A DNA stretch of 64,000 nucleotides from Octopus sinensis (Eukaryota). Within the stretch, counting starts at the first letter, position 1, and each line of letters starts with the position of its first letter. Shown piece by piece: positions 10,980 through 24,783 of the stretch. The notes below the pieces were generated by a model, which saw only the letters and a program-made list of their open reading frames with translations, did no database searches and was not told the DNA's origin. The stretch lies in the NCBI RefSeq assembly GCF_006345805.1, contig NC_043013.1, positions 56,792,001 through 56,856,000 on the forward strand, written 5' to 3'. The position numbers and the translations under genes are program-made.

Positions 10980-13236
10980 ATATATATATATGAACTGAAT
11001 AGCCTGTCGTTGCCAGGCAATTTTTACAATAGAATGTTGTATATAAATTTTTATTTGTTCCATGTCAGAGCTTGCCGTCCCTGACAGATAGGTGTCTACA
11101 TTAGGACAGATTTGTGCAATTTTTCACGCAAAAACTTTGTTAAGGATTTTTTTCCTTTTTCTATTATTTACATGTCTGTGTGACCCTTTCACATGAATTT
11201 ATTCATTAAAACTTTAAAAGATCTTACAACTTTGCTCATCGTAAGGTATTGCTTTTATTTGTTTCATAAAACTTCTTCCTCCTAATGATTTGGCTTTCAT
11301 TTTGTGATAGGTATCATGCAAAAAATGTCAGCTATCTAATCCTGTTTTCTGATTAGGTAAAACTGATTAAACTTTAAACCTCAATAACATTCTTCTCCAA
11401 TTATTCTGGAACAAATAAATAACAAAATTGGATTTAACATGGAAAGTTATTTCAGTATATGAAATTTGGAAATTTTGACGTAATTTTAAAATCTCACATG
11501 TGACAGCAACAGGGATGACCCTGCAAAAGTAGACAGACAGTTATAGGATGTCACACATGCGCACACACACACTTACAAACATACACACAGGTAATCACAA
11601 GTCTAGAACAGTGTATAGTAGACATAAGTATATATGCATATATATGTATGTGTGTATGTGTGTGAGTGTTTCTTTGCAATGGACTCCAGAAAAGCCACCT
11701 ACCCCCTCTCTCCTTAAAGCTGTGTATTCCTCACACCCACCTTTCTCTGTATGTGTGGGGGGTTGTATCTATGTATTTATGAAAGTATGTATGCAGCATC
11801 ACATGTATATGACAGCTGTATTAATGTTTATCCCATTGCCTCCGTTGTTCTCGCCTTTGCTGATATGATTCACCCTCTCTTGTTACTACCTTTCCCTCAG
11901 ACTAATACTTTTTGCAACCTTCTCATTTTATCATATAATTCATCCAATGCTTCTGGGGGGAGGCACATTATAAACTTTTATTGAAATCCAGTTTCCTTAT
12001 TATTGAACTGGATGTTAGTGTAACATGTACGCAAAGTTTTGCTAATATTGGTTAGCTGGTTTAGGCACTAAGATGGTAACAGACAGACAGAAATTGCCAT
12101 TCATATATATATTGTGTGTGTGTGTGTGTATGAGACAAAGCCTGATGGGGAGAGAAAGAGAGAGGAAGAGACAATGAAAGAAATATAAGAGAAAGAAAAA
12201 GGGTGGGAGAAAGTGAGAGAGGAGAAGGAGAGAGAGAGAGAGAGAGAGAGAGATGTAAAATTTACTACAGATGTTTTTATAAATATTTTCCTGTATTATT
12301 TGTGTATGCAAGATGCATTCTACAGCAAATAGTTACCAAGCTTGGATTCTACTTTTGTGATTGTTAAACATATCCCAGGCAAATATAATGACCACTAAAT
12401 GACCACACAAGGAATATCGTGAGTGCAGCCAACAAATATCTAGCACACTTTCTTTTGTCCAGATCCGAACTTTCCACCATTTTTAAAAATTAAATATTTG
12501 GTCATAGTATAGCTAGGAGTACATTATCCATGTGTGCATCCTAATTTATGAACACTTAAGTGATAAACTTAATACAGACATTCATTTACCACCAAAATTA
12601 AACTAGCACCCCCACCCACCAGTAGCACCAGACACCACTACCACCACCACCACCATCACCCACCACCACTACCAGCAGCACCCCCTCCACCACACACACA
12701 TCCATTTCTCTTTTTTCTGCAGTTGGTAGCTAATCATTATTCTTGTAGAACCTCATTTGCACGAGATTCAATGATGTGAGAGGAATTTAAGGGAATTTGG
12801 CACATGAGTTGAATAGACTGAGCCACCTAGATTTTTGTTGCCACACTACAGACAGAATCAGTGTAGTTATGTGGTGGAAAACCATCAAGCTTCTTCTACT
12901 CGTTATCTGGATTTGTCATATTAATTCACACAACAAAATTGTCACAACTAAAGCAAACTATTTCATGGAATTTCATTAAATCGTATTTAATAAGTTTCAG
13001 AATATTTGACTTGAGCATTGATAATCAATAATTTAAATGTAATATATTTGTTATACCATTTAATATCATACATTTCATAGATTCGTTATACAATTTTTAA
13101 TAACTAAATTATATTTTAATAAATACATGGTCTTAGGTGGGAATTGTAACTACATTTATTGTTATTGAATCTTGAAGGTAATATTAATGTTGTCGTTAAT
13201 ATTACCATTACCATTATTATTATTATTATTATTATG

Positions 13237-13307
<71 letters not shown>

Positions 13308-13331
13308 TACCATTATTATTATTATTATTAC

Positions 13332-13365
<34 letters not shown>

Positions 13366-16300
13366 GTCATTTACTTTTAATCTGCATGTTTGATGCAATC
13401 ACTTGCCGGGGCACACCCAGCGCCCTAGGGCAAGTGAAGGTTAAGAGTTGTTGAAATATAGCTGAAAGCTTGGGGAGGGGAAGTAGAGAAATATCTCCAT
13501 GTAATACAAACACAAACATTTACATTGATAGGGTTTTTCTAAGGATTTGGGCAGTACTTGTTAGCACAATCTTTTGGATTTCCTTGAGACATGGTTCTCC
13601 AGGGATATTGTCTAAGTGTTTCTGACATCCCTTTTTTATCATACCTAGGGCATCTACAATAACAGGAACAGTTTTTGTTTTAAGATTCCACATCTTTTGT
13701 ATTTCGATTTCCAGGTCCTTATATTTACTAAGTTTGTCAAATTCCTTTACAGATATATTGTTATCAGTGGGGACACTTACCTCTATTAGTCTGCAGGTAT
13801 TTTCTTCCCTGTCTTTAACAATTATGTCTGGTCGATTAGCCTTGATCGTTCTGTCAGTGTTGACTGGAAAATCCCAGAGGATGGTGACATTTTTACTTTC
13901 AACAACTGGCTGAGGATGGTGTTCATACCAGTTAGCAGGAGTGTCGAATTTGTAGTGTTTACATATCTTCCAATGTATATACTGTCCTACCCTATCGTGG
14001 CGATTTTTGTATTTGTTTGGTGTCAGCACAGGACATCTCGAAACGAGATGGTCTATTGTTTCATCAAATGTGTCGCAGAATCTGCATTTAGGGTCAGTAC
14101 CATTTCGGAGAACGCTAGCCTGGTAATTTCTGGTAAACAAACTTTGATTTTGTGCTGCCAGTATGAAGCCTTCAGTCTCTGCTTTCAATCCTGAACTCTT
14201 CAGCCACTGATGGGTTGTTGCTTGGTCTACATCAGCATTTTGGCTTCGGAGAATATATTGTCCATGCAGGGGATTCTGGCTCCACTGCCTCTCAATTTGA
14301 TTCTGCCTGTTCTTTTTTGCAGTCTGCTTGATTCGCTTTGCTTGCTTGGTAGTAGTGGTTTCCGGCTCTTCATCTGATTCAAGGTTAATGTCTAGTTCCC
14401 TTTCGAACTTATAAGCTTCCTTGACAATGAATTGCAGCTTTTTGCTGCTTTCGTGTTCGCACACAAGTCGCAGCATCCAGTCCTTTGTATTAGATAGGTA
14501 CCTGTTCATTCCTACAGTGGAGGTCTTATAGCACAGCTCTAATTGCATCATTCCTCTCCCCCCGCTGCTTCTAGGTAGGTACAGGCAGTCTACATCTGCC
14601 TTAGGGTGTTCTTGAATGTCAGTAATTTTCTTGTCTTCCTGTCCAAGCGTTGGAGTTCCGTAAGGTTCCAGTTAATGATGTTAAAACTGTACTGAACTAC
14701 TGGAAGTGCCAGGGTATTAATGGCCTCAATGCAATTTTTGGAGTTGAGTTCAGTCTTCAGTACAAGCCTTATTCTCCTATAGTATTCCTTTCTTATTTTT
14801 TCCTTCATAGTAGCATGATGTATACCATCTCCTTCGTTGATTCCTAGGTATTTGTAACTTTCTTGTGGGTCAAGTTCCTTGATGGTAGTGTCAATATCTA
14901 ATTTAACAGAATCTGTTTGCCTGAGATTGCCTCTTACAAAAGTTGCTTTAGCACACTTATCAAGGCCAAAATCCATTCCGATATCGTTGCTAACTCTTTA
15001 ACAGTTGTTAGCAGCCCTTCTAGCTCTTGATCATTCCTGGCAAACAGCTTTAGGTCGTCCATATAGAAAAGGTGGTTTCTTGATTTACTAAAAACTTTGT
15101 ACCCATATCTGGTACTATCCAATTCTTTTGAGAGTGGGATCAGTGCCATGCAAAAAAGTAATGGAGAGAGGGAGTCACCTTGAAAGATGCCTCGTTTGAT
15201 GTTGATGCTGTTGGACTGGCTCATCCCATTACTATGGCTTAGAAAGAGACGTGTGTTCCACATGGTCATGCTATTCTGTAAGAATTTTGAGACGACAGGA
15301 GAGATCTTGTATATCTCAAGGGCCTTGAGTATCCATTTATGTGGGACACTGTCAAACGCTTTCCTGTAGTCTATTCATGCCATACTCAGGTTTATGTTTT
15401 TGCTCCGGCAATTCTCTACAATCATTCTGTTTATGAGCAATTGGTCTTTGCACCCATAAGAGTTTCTTTTACAACCTTTTTGAGCTTGTGGAAGGATAGA
15501 CCTTTATTCAAGGAAAGCGTACATTCTCTCTGTTATTATGGATGTGAGGATTTTGTAGGTGGTGTTGAGACATGTTATTAGCCGGTAATTCTTTGGGTTT
15601 TTTGTGTCTTCAGTTTTAGGTAATAGGTAGGTGGTTCCTTCAGTCAGCCAAGCAGGTATTTGCTCTGGGTTCTGAATGACATCAGACAGAGATGCAGCGA
15701 GATTTTCGGGTACCTCTGTCAAACAATTCAGCCAGAAGTTAGGGATCCAATCCAGTCCTGGGGTTTTCCATTTATGAGCCTTCCTAAGGACACACCTTAG
15801 CTCCTCTATTCCTATTGCTTCCCATTTCTGTTCTTCAAGTTCATCCAGTCTCTCTTTCTCACGTTCTATCCAGTCAGCCTCAGCATTAAACTCTTTTTCG
15901 TTGCTCCATACCTTCTTCCAGAACTCCTCCACTTCCTCAATCTTAGGTGGATCTTCTATGTGTATTTTATGTTTGCCAATTTCCCTATAAAATTTCTTTG
16001 CATCTGTCTTAAAAAATCTATTTTGTCGATAAATTTGTTTCTTTTGTCATACCTTCTAAGCCGTTGGACTTTCAACTGTATCCGTTGTTTCAACAGTTCC
16101 TTAGTTGCAGGGAGGTTTATGAGATCTTTGATTTTATATTTTTGCTTGATTTTTCTAGCTTTTCTCGGCTTAATATTCACTCCTCTAGCAAGCTCATCGA
16201 GAACTGAAACATCCGCCCGCAGAGATTCAATCTCTTTTTGTATCGCTACTTTCCACTTAGGAGGTTCATTGACATGCCTGGCCTTTTTCTTTGTCATCTT

Positions 16301-17473
16301 AATACCTAGTTGGGTAGTTACTACTTTAGCAGTGGAATAGATGAGATTATTTCAGGTTGTCAGATCATTTCCCTTATTTCTTAAGATCTGTCCTAGGGCA
16401 ACGTTATATGTCATGATTGTGTTGTTATTTCTTGTGCCGTTTGAAAACTTTGGTGGCGGTTCTCTATTAACAATGTCAGTGAGCTCAATCTTGCCGAGTT
16501 GTCTCATAACGTCCACTTTTGCTTCCATAATCTTTTCTCTATTTTTCACCTCAAATTCTATGCCATATCTATTTTGGTTTTCTTGAGAAAGGTCTACGTT
16601 CTCCTCTTTTTTCAAATCTCTCGTCTTCGCTATTCTTTGTTTAACTTCCCTATTGGGAAGTTGATTTACCGCTTGTACACTGGCTTCTGTGCTACTGTTA
16701 CCTATTTCGTCTACATTGTTGCTGTTTTCTTTTGGTCTACCATGAGCTATTAGTGTCCTAATTTGGTCAATTTCAGCGTCAGTTAGTCTTTTGTTTTTAA
16801 TTATATCTCTGCGTACATTACTTAATTTATTTGCATCTATATATCTATGTACTTCGTTGCCTACTGAATTTCTCCATGAGATGTATGTTTGTACACTGAG
16901 GTTATTGTTTGGGTTTAGTTGGGCTGTATAAAAAGCTTTCAACACATCTCTATAGTCCTCTCTGGTCCATTTTATACGTTTTGCTTTAGGTGGTGTTTTT
17001 GGTGGTGTCACTACAAGTCCAGAGTTAGAAGTATTCTGGTCCTGGTCACCTGGTAGATCGTCTTTTTGAGAGTTTGTTCCAGCAGCAAACTTTTTGACCC
17101 CAGTCTGGTTCCCTACTAGGTAACGTGGTCCTTGTTGGTCCTGGCGATGACCGATCCGGCATGATTTTTGGCTTGTTTTCATTAAATGATTGACGGCGAC
17201 ATCAGAGGGGTCCATTTTTTCAGAGTCAACTGTGACGGTGACGTTAGAAGAAGGGACTGTTTGTACAGGGTCAACTTTTTGTCAAGACACCGCTTCTGAA
17301 TTCTCCGAATTAATATATTGGCCATATCGAACTCGCATGAGACTTATAGATCGAAATTCGCCTCTATTTCTTTTGGTGGACATGTTTCCGGACATAACTG
17401 TTCAGTGACGTTAAAAATTCAGTGACCAATTTGCTCTTTTTTGCGTTTGTTCGTGAAAAATCGCTTTATTTTG

Positions 17474-17474
<1 letters not shown>
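13366..17474 (-). mobile_element. R4/Dong-type RLE non-LTR retrotransposon, family A, full length and decayed
   Basis: Broken single ORF 17395->13520: N-terminal KWTREDY..NKLSNVRRDI, RT (YRKAFD, RGIFQGDSLSP, YMDD), CX2CX8HX4C knuckle, RHD, RPD..IEVS endonuclease; (AAT)n at both ends. Confidence 0.92.
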
Positions 17475-17526
<52 letters not shown>

Positions 17527-17545
17527 CATTATTATTATTATTATT

Positions 17546-20500
17546 CTATGTTTGACTTTTGCTTTATATTTGTACAAGTTGGCTCCAAGTCTCACCCAGA
17601 GACCTCAAGAGACAACAGGTTGGAAGTTCATGTTGTTGTTATGCCTAGTGTGCCATATATTGGGGGGGGGGGATTTTTTGGTGTTGTACTAATGAATGTC
17701 TAAAAAAAAATAATTTTTTTTTTTTTTTTTAAACCGGAAATTATGTTTGTTTTAAACCTTGAGATTACATAGAAAGTATTTTGCGTAGGATATGAGCAGT
17801 TCCCATGAGCACTATCTTTTGAATTTCTGCCATTTTTGGGTTTCCTGGTATCTGAGTTAGGTAGCTATCAGCCAACAGGTATTGTTTTAGTCTTCAGCTT
17901 CCACATTTTGCTGATTTCTATTTCAAGATCTTTATATTTGCTCAGTTTTTGGTAGGTCTTGACAGATACGTTTATATCGATTGGACAGTCATATCAATGA
18001 GGAGGCATGTTCTTTGTTTGAAGTCTTTCAATATGATGTCTGGCCTATTTGCATCTATCTTTCTGTCAGTTTGAATGGTGAAGTTCCAGAGGGGTGAGAT
18101 GTGGTCATTTTCAAGCACTGGGGGTGGTTTGTGTTCCCACCAGTTTTTTTCATGGGGCAAATCCAGGTTTTTGCAGATTACCCAGTGAATATATTGTGCA
18201 GCTCTATTGTGTCTGTTGAGATACTCTGTAGGCGCTAGAAGACTGCACTTGGAGACCACATGGTCAATGGTTTCATTTTATTGCTGGCATACATGACACG
18301 TTGGACTGCTTCTGATCTTTAATATGTTGGCCTGGTAGTTTCTTGTTGGTAGGCATTGATCTTGAGCTGCTATGATAAACCCCTCTGTTTCAGATTTTAA
18401 GCCAGAGGCCATTAGCCATTGATGGGTCAGGGCTTTGTCAACATCTGCATTATTTGCTCTCTTTGGGTATTTGCCATAGAGAGGTTTTTCTTGCCATTTA
18501 TCATTCAGAATATCTAAGGCCGCAGATTTAGCACGGGTTTTCATGCGCTTAGCCTTTTCTGTGCCTGTTTCTTGTATGTCTATCTCTAATTCCGAAATGT
18601 GTTGTATTCGGAATTCACTTAGATATTCCTTTGCCTGTTTTGTGACTGAGTATGATGCTTTCTTGTTTTCATGTTTTGAGACAAGTTTTAACATCCAGTC
18701 CTCAGAGTTTTTCAGGTAGGTATCTAGGCCAATTGTAGCAATCTTCATTGTTATTGCCAGTTGTAAATGTCCACGGCCTCCCTCTTTTCTTGGCAGATAA
18801 AGTCGTTCTGTATCTGCCTTAGTGTGGTGCATTCTATGCATTGTCAACAGTTTTCGTATTTTTCTGTCAAGATTACATATTTCAGTAATTGACCAGTTAA
18901 CGATATTGAAACTGTAAGTCACAACTGGTATGGCTAATGCATTGATTGCTTCGATCCTGTTTCTCGCATTCAGCTCTGTCTTGAGTATTGCTCTTACTCT
19001 GCGATAACATTCTCTCCTGATCCTTTCCTTCATCTCTGAATGCCTTATTCCTTCTCTTTCAATTACCCCTAGATACTTGTAGTTCTCTGCTGGGTCTAAT
19101 TCTTTTATGACATTCTGCTGGTCAAGGTTAACGTTAGATGTTTCTGTCATTTTTCCTTTGATAAAGGTAGCTTTTGCACACTTATCGAGGCCAAATTGCA
19201 TTCTGATGTCGTCACTGAATTGTTTGACAATTGCTAGTAAGCCCTTGAGTTGTTGGTCATTTTTTGCAAAGAGCTTTAAATCATCCATGTAAATGAGATG
19301 ATTTATATTTTTATCAAACATTTTATATCCGTACTGCGCGTCATTGAGCAGTTTTGAGAGAGGTATTAAGGCTAAACAGAAGAGGAGTGGTGATAGTGAG
19401 TCACCTTGGAAAATGCCACATCAAATTTTTACATCACTAGCATTTAGAGATTCATTGTCACTGTTCAAAGTTGATGTGGTTCTCCATGATCTCATACTTA
19501 CAGACAAAAAGTTTCACAGAGCAGGTGCTATCTTATACATTTCTAGGCATTTCTTAATCCAGCTATGTGGTAGGCTATCAAAAGCCTTTTTATAGTCTAT
19601 CCAGGCTATTGATAAGTTTTTGTGTCGTTTGTGACAATCTTCTAAGATCATCTTATTGATGAGTAGTTGATCTTTACAACCGTAGGATCCACGTTTACAT
19701 CCTTTCTGTTCATTAGGGAATATGCTGCTGTCTGTCAAAAAATTATAGGTATATTCCGTCAGGACAGATGTTAGTGTTTTATACATAGTTGTTAAGCAGG
19801 TTATGGGTCTATAGTTTTTTGGTTCATTTGTTTCTTCACTTTTTGGAAGCAGGAATGTTAACCCATTAACTAGCCAAGGAGGCATCCTACTAGGATGTTG
19901 CAAAACATCATTGTAAAGTTCTGTTAGCAGTTCATGGCTCTCTGGGAAGGCATTCAACCAAAAGTTATGGATTTTATCCTTTCCTGGAGATTTCCATTTG
20001 CTTGACCTCCTGAGAGCAGATCTTATATCTTCTACCTTGACACTCTCCCACTTTTGCTCTTCTAAGGAGTCCAGTTCTTTAGATATTCTATCAATCCAGA
20101 GGGCCTTTTCACTGTGTGTTTTTTCTTTTGCCCAAACTTTATTCCAAAATCCCTGCACTTCTTCTTTTGATGGTACAGACTTTACAGTAACTGTTGTTTT
20201 TCCTATCTTCCTGTAAAAATTTTTGCGGCTATTTTTGAACATGTTGTTGTCCCTGAAGAATCTAACACGCTTTTCATACCTCGCTATGTGGGCAGCTTTA
20301 GCAGATACCTTTTGCTTGATGGTTTCTATGGTGGCATCAATATCAAGTATAGTTTTCATATTATATTTTTTCATTAGTTTTTGGGTTTTTGTAGGTTTGG
20401 TAGTCTTACGAACCTTAAGGTTTTTCAAATATTCAATATCAGATCTAAATATTTTAATTTGTTGTTGCAAACGCTCTTACCAAGAAGGCTTTTTGTGGAA

Positions 20501-21670
20501 ATGTTGCCGTCTTCTAATCTTTTCACCACATAGGATCGTTGAGATTTTCGCGGATGCATAGTATAGGTGGTTGAGGTTTGTGATATCAACATCATTAACT
20601 GAAATTATATCCTTAAGTGCAAGCCGGATTTTACCAATTATTTTCATGTTTTGGTTAGAGTTGCGTATTTTAGGGAGTGTATCACGTTCATCCATACTGG
20701 TTTCTTTAATTTTCAGCCATTCAATCATGATTTGACTTTTTAGCTCATGTAGTTCTGTCGGGTCAATATTTGTGTGACTTTCTTCATCTATTTGATGTTC
20801 ATCTGTCTTAGTGTTTATATTTGGTTCAGGGAGTATTTCACTTTGCCTATCACTTATACTAACTCTTTCAATCCTTACTTCGTTTTTATTAGCTCTGAGC
20901 TGGTCTATAATTATTTCCTCTGTATTATCTTCTCTAGCTGCAGCTTCGTTCATTTTATCCGATATTGCTTGTCTAACCTGATCAATCTCTACTTCAGTCA
21001 GTATTTTTTTTTTATAATGTTTCTTCTAACATTGGCAAGCTTGTTACTGTCTATGTAGGGTCTTACTTCAGGGTGTTTCTGTCTCCAGTTTAAGTATGCT
21101 TGTACAGTGCTAGACTTATCTGTGGGGAAATATATGGCATGGTAGAAGGCCGCAAGAACTTCTTTATTATCTTCCCTAGTCCATTTTTCTTCTTTTTCTT
21201 TTGAGTGTTTGGTGACGAGCATGGATGGCCATCTGTTGGAATATTCCAGTTGCGGGGTATGTCCAGCTCCTGTATGTCGGGAAGATTTGATCCAGTAGCT
21301 GATTTTTCAATCAGACTTTGGTTCAATTTTCGGGTACGTGGTCTTTTGTAGTCCGCTCGTCGACCATCGCGGATTGTAGGTTGTTTTGTTGACGTTGAAG
21401 CATGACGAGCTTCGACTCTTACATTAAGAGACGGATCTGTCAGTTTAGGATTCTCTGCACGTAAACATTGTTCGAAGCGCAGTTTCCTAAGGCTAGCAGA
21501 TCTGTATCCGTCTGTATTTTTTTGTTGATAGTTTGTTTTATCTCCAGACATAGTTTTCCCTTCTTCTTTTTATTTATTCATTCACTTTTTTTTAAAACCT
21601 ATGAAAGGTTCACTCTGCCTGTATTAGTTCGAAAAAATGAGAATAAAATACGAGAAAAAAAAAAAAAAAA
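17546..21670 (-). mobile_element. R4/Dong-type element, family B, full length and decayed
   Basis: Broken ORF 21551->17765 with KWTREDN..NKLANVRRNII, WIDYKKAFD, YMDD, CCHC, RHNR, RPDIILKD; (AAT)n tail 17476-17545. The 5' boundary is approximate. Confidence 0.9.
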
Positions 21671-22420
21671 AAGAATTATCATCATCACCGTCATCATCAT
21701 CATCATCATCAATGACATTGTTTTATGTGTAGTCACAGCTGTAGCTTATTATTATTATTATTATTCCCATCACCATCACCATCGCCATGGTCAAGTGGTC
21801 ATGTTCTATAAATAGATTCATCAGATGGTGGACAAAGAACATTTTGGGTCAGGGAGAGGTCAAACCTGTTTACTAGTACCAGCGTTATCTTGAGAAGCAA
21901 TCCAGCTATATATATATACCCATACACATATGTATATGTATATTCCCACAGGCATATTTTCTGATATTCACTGGATGATTTTTTTTTTTTAATTTCTGAG
22001 TTCAATTGTGTTGTTGCAATAAAAGTTTACGTGTTTACATGTTTGGGTAATATATTAAAGTTTTTAAGTATTCTTGAGATGTCCATTTGGAAAAAAAAAT
22101 AAGATTTTTGCAAAGGGAAGAATGTTTACATTTTCGAATGCTCAGAAAAGAAAATGCTCAGAAATTTTTCTTTTCTTTTGAAAAGTTATGCTGTGGTCTA
22201 CAGTTTTTGTAGTTGTGCAGTGTATATATATTGGTATACGCTTACTTCCATAGTTTTTTTATCGTGCATTTAATTGTGTTGTTACAATAAAAGGCAGACT
22301 GTTCACATAAATTGGAGATATTTATGATTCTAAATTCTTTGTTAGGTGTTCGCTTGTATGTGCAAAGCTGTAGATATGTATGTTCCTTAGCTTATTTTGA
22401 GGGAAATTCAAATTACTCAC

Positions 22421-22456
22421 AGAAAACAGTAGATCTTCCAGTTTTTCCGTTGTCAT
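22421..22456 (-). CDS. Candidate first coding exon of a host gene (MTTEKLEDLLFS)
   Basis: AGC-ATG context, 12 codons, then a GTGAGT donor; preceded by a CpG-containing leader in non-repetitive spacer DNA. Confidence 0.25.
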
Positions 22457-22540
22457 GCTGGGTTGGTCAGAGCAGCGAAAAACACGTCCAGCTTCTATTA
22501 CGTCCAGCCGCCTTCTTCTTCTTCTTATTATTATTATTAC

Positions 22541-22588
<48 letters not shown>

Positions 22589-22608
22589 AATTATTATTAC
22601 TATTATTA

Positions 22609-22678
<70 letters not shown>

Positions 22679-22706
22679 CATTATTATTATTAATATTATT
22701 ATTATT

Positions 22707-24743
22707 CAGTAGTTTTATTTTTATAGCGTGCTTTCACTTCACTACCGAGCACAGCTCTGTGTGCCTTGGGTATGTGCTGTGATTTGTTGTGATGCTCTGA
22801 TGGTTATTGTATGGAAAGTGTTCTGCGTAGGATGTGTGCAGTGCCTAGTAGTGCAATTTTCTGTATGTTATATGTGTTTGTAATTCCTGGTGTTTTTGTT
22901 ATGTATTTGTCTGAATATTTTTTTATCATGCCTAATGCACCTACTATGATAGGAATTGTTTCTGTATTCAGATTCCACATTCTAGTTACCTCTATTTCCA
23001 GGTCTTTGTATTTTGAGAGTTTCTCCATTTCTTTTAGAGACACGTTGTCATCAGCCGGTATTGATACATCAATTAGAAAGCATTTTTTTTCTTCATGATC
23101 TCTGACAACTATATCTGGTCTGTTGGCCTTAATTTTTCTATCTGTGTGTATCGGCATATCCCAGAGTATGGTTGCTTTCTCGTTTTCTGTGACTTTTTCT
23201 GGTGTGTGCCTATACCATCTTTTTTCTGTTGTTATTCCATAATGTTGGCATAGCTTCCAATGTATGTAGGTTCCAACTCTGTCATGTCTGTGAATATATT
23301 CTTTCTTAGCCAGGACTGGGCAGCTAGAGATAATATGATTTATTGTTTCTTGTCCATCTCCACATATTCTGCAGTTACTTGTAATATTTCTTTTCATTAC
23401 ATGTTTTTGGTAGTTTCAGGAGGCTTTGGTCTTGTGCTGCAATTAAAAATCCCTCTGTTTCTGCTTTGAGTCCTGAGCTTCTCAACCATTGCTGGGATTT
23501 TTCTTTGTCTATTTCTTTTGCGTTTAGTTTAGTGCAGTATTTACCATGAAGGGGCTTTTCTTGCCATCGTTTTATCATGGTTCGTTGCTGTTCTATTTTT
23601 AGTTTGGATTTCATTTGTTTTATAGCTTTTGTTGTTTCTTCATCATCTTCTTCTTCTTCTTCGTGTTTATTAGGTGGTATGATTTCTTGTTTGTATTTGT
23701 CAGCTTCCTTAAATACTGAGAACAGATTTTTGTTTTGCTTGTGTTTTGCTGCTATCTGGATCAGTTTTCCTTCCTTCTGAAGTAGGTATTTTTGCAGTCC
23801 TATGGTGGTTATTTTATAGTAGATTTCCAGCTGTATAAGGCATCTACCACCTTCTATACGTTGTATATATAGTCTTTCTATGTCAGATTTTGGGTGATGC
23901 ATCCTAGATCCTGTCAGTATTTTTCTTGTTTTTCTATCTATTTTGGACAGTTCATTTCGTGTCAAGTTAAGGATATTGTAGCTGTAACTTATAACTGGGA
24001 CAGCAAAAGTGTTCATACCTATTATCTTGTTTTTAGCATTGAGCTCTGTTTTTAGTATTGATCTAACTCGTCTATAATATTCTTTTTTTATTTTCTCTTT
24101 CATTTGTGTGTGTTGTGTCTTATCTAGTTCATGGATTCCTAAGTATTTGTAAGTTTGGCTTTGGTCTAATTCTTTTATTTCATTGGTTTTATCTAGTGTG
24201 ATATTTTTACTCTTAACTAGTTTTCCTCTTTTCATGGTTACTTTGGCGCATTTTTCTAATCCAAATTTCATATCTATTTCTTTGGTAAATCCATGAACTG
24301 TCTTTAATAGTGTTTCCAGCTGTTTGTCATTTGCAGCGTATAGTTTTAGGTCATCCATATATAGAAGGTGGCTGATCGTTTTGCTGTAACATTTATATCC
24401 GCATCCAGTTCTATTTAGCATATCAGATAGAGGTGACAGTGCCAAGCAGAAAAGGAGTGGAGAGAGCGTGTCTCCCAGGAATATTCCTCTTCTAATGGGG
24501 ATGTCTTTGGCTTTCATGAGTCCCTCTTTTGTTTGGAGGTGTAGGACTGTTTGCCATTTATTCATAGAGTGCTCCATGAATTTTATGATTGTTGGTGCTA
24601 CTTTGTTAATGGCTAGTGTTTCGAGGATCCATGTGTGGGGGATGCTATCAAACGCCTTTTTGTAGTCAATCCAGGTCATAGTGAGGCCTTTCTTCTTTCT
24701 GTGGCTGTCTTCAGTTACGGCTTTATTAATCATTAGTTGATCT
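22707..24743 (-). mobile_element. R4/Dong-type element, family C, 5'-truncated (copy C1)
   Basis: RT from DQLMINK through YMDD, CCHC, RHD, RPDIVVRD..FLIDVS; tail 22520-22706. Confidence 0.92.
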
Positions 24744-24744
24744 A

Positions 24745-24782
<38 letters not shown>

Positions 24783-24783
<1 letters not shown>

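Noticed and set aside
17376-17410. CUGAACA...GAAACAUGUC hammerhead-like string at the Dong A start
   Set aside because: C3 faces C8, and neither stem II nor stem I can form
21800-21835. Minus-strand CUGAUGA followed by AGAACAUGAC
   Set aside because: No GAAA and no stem I; at most a destroyed relic
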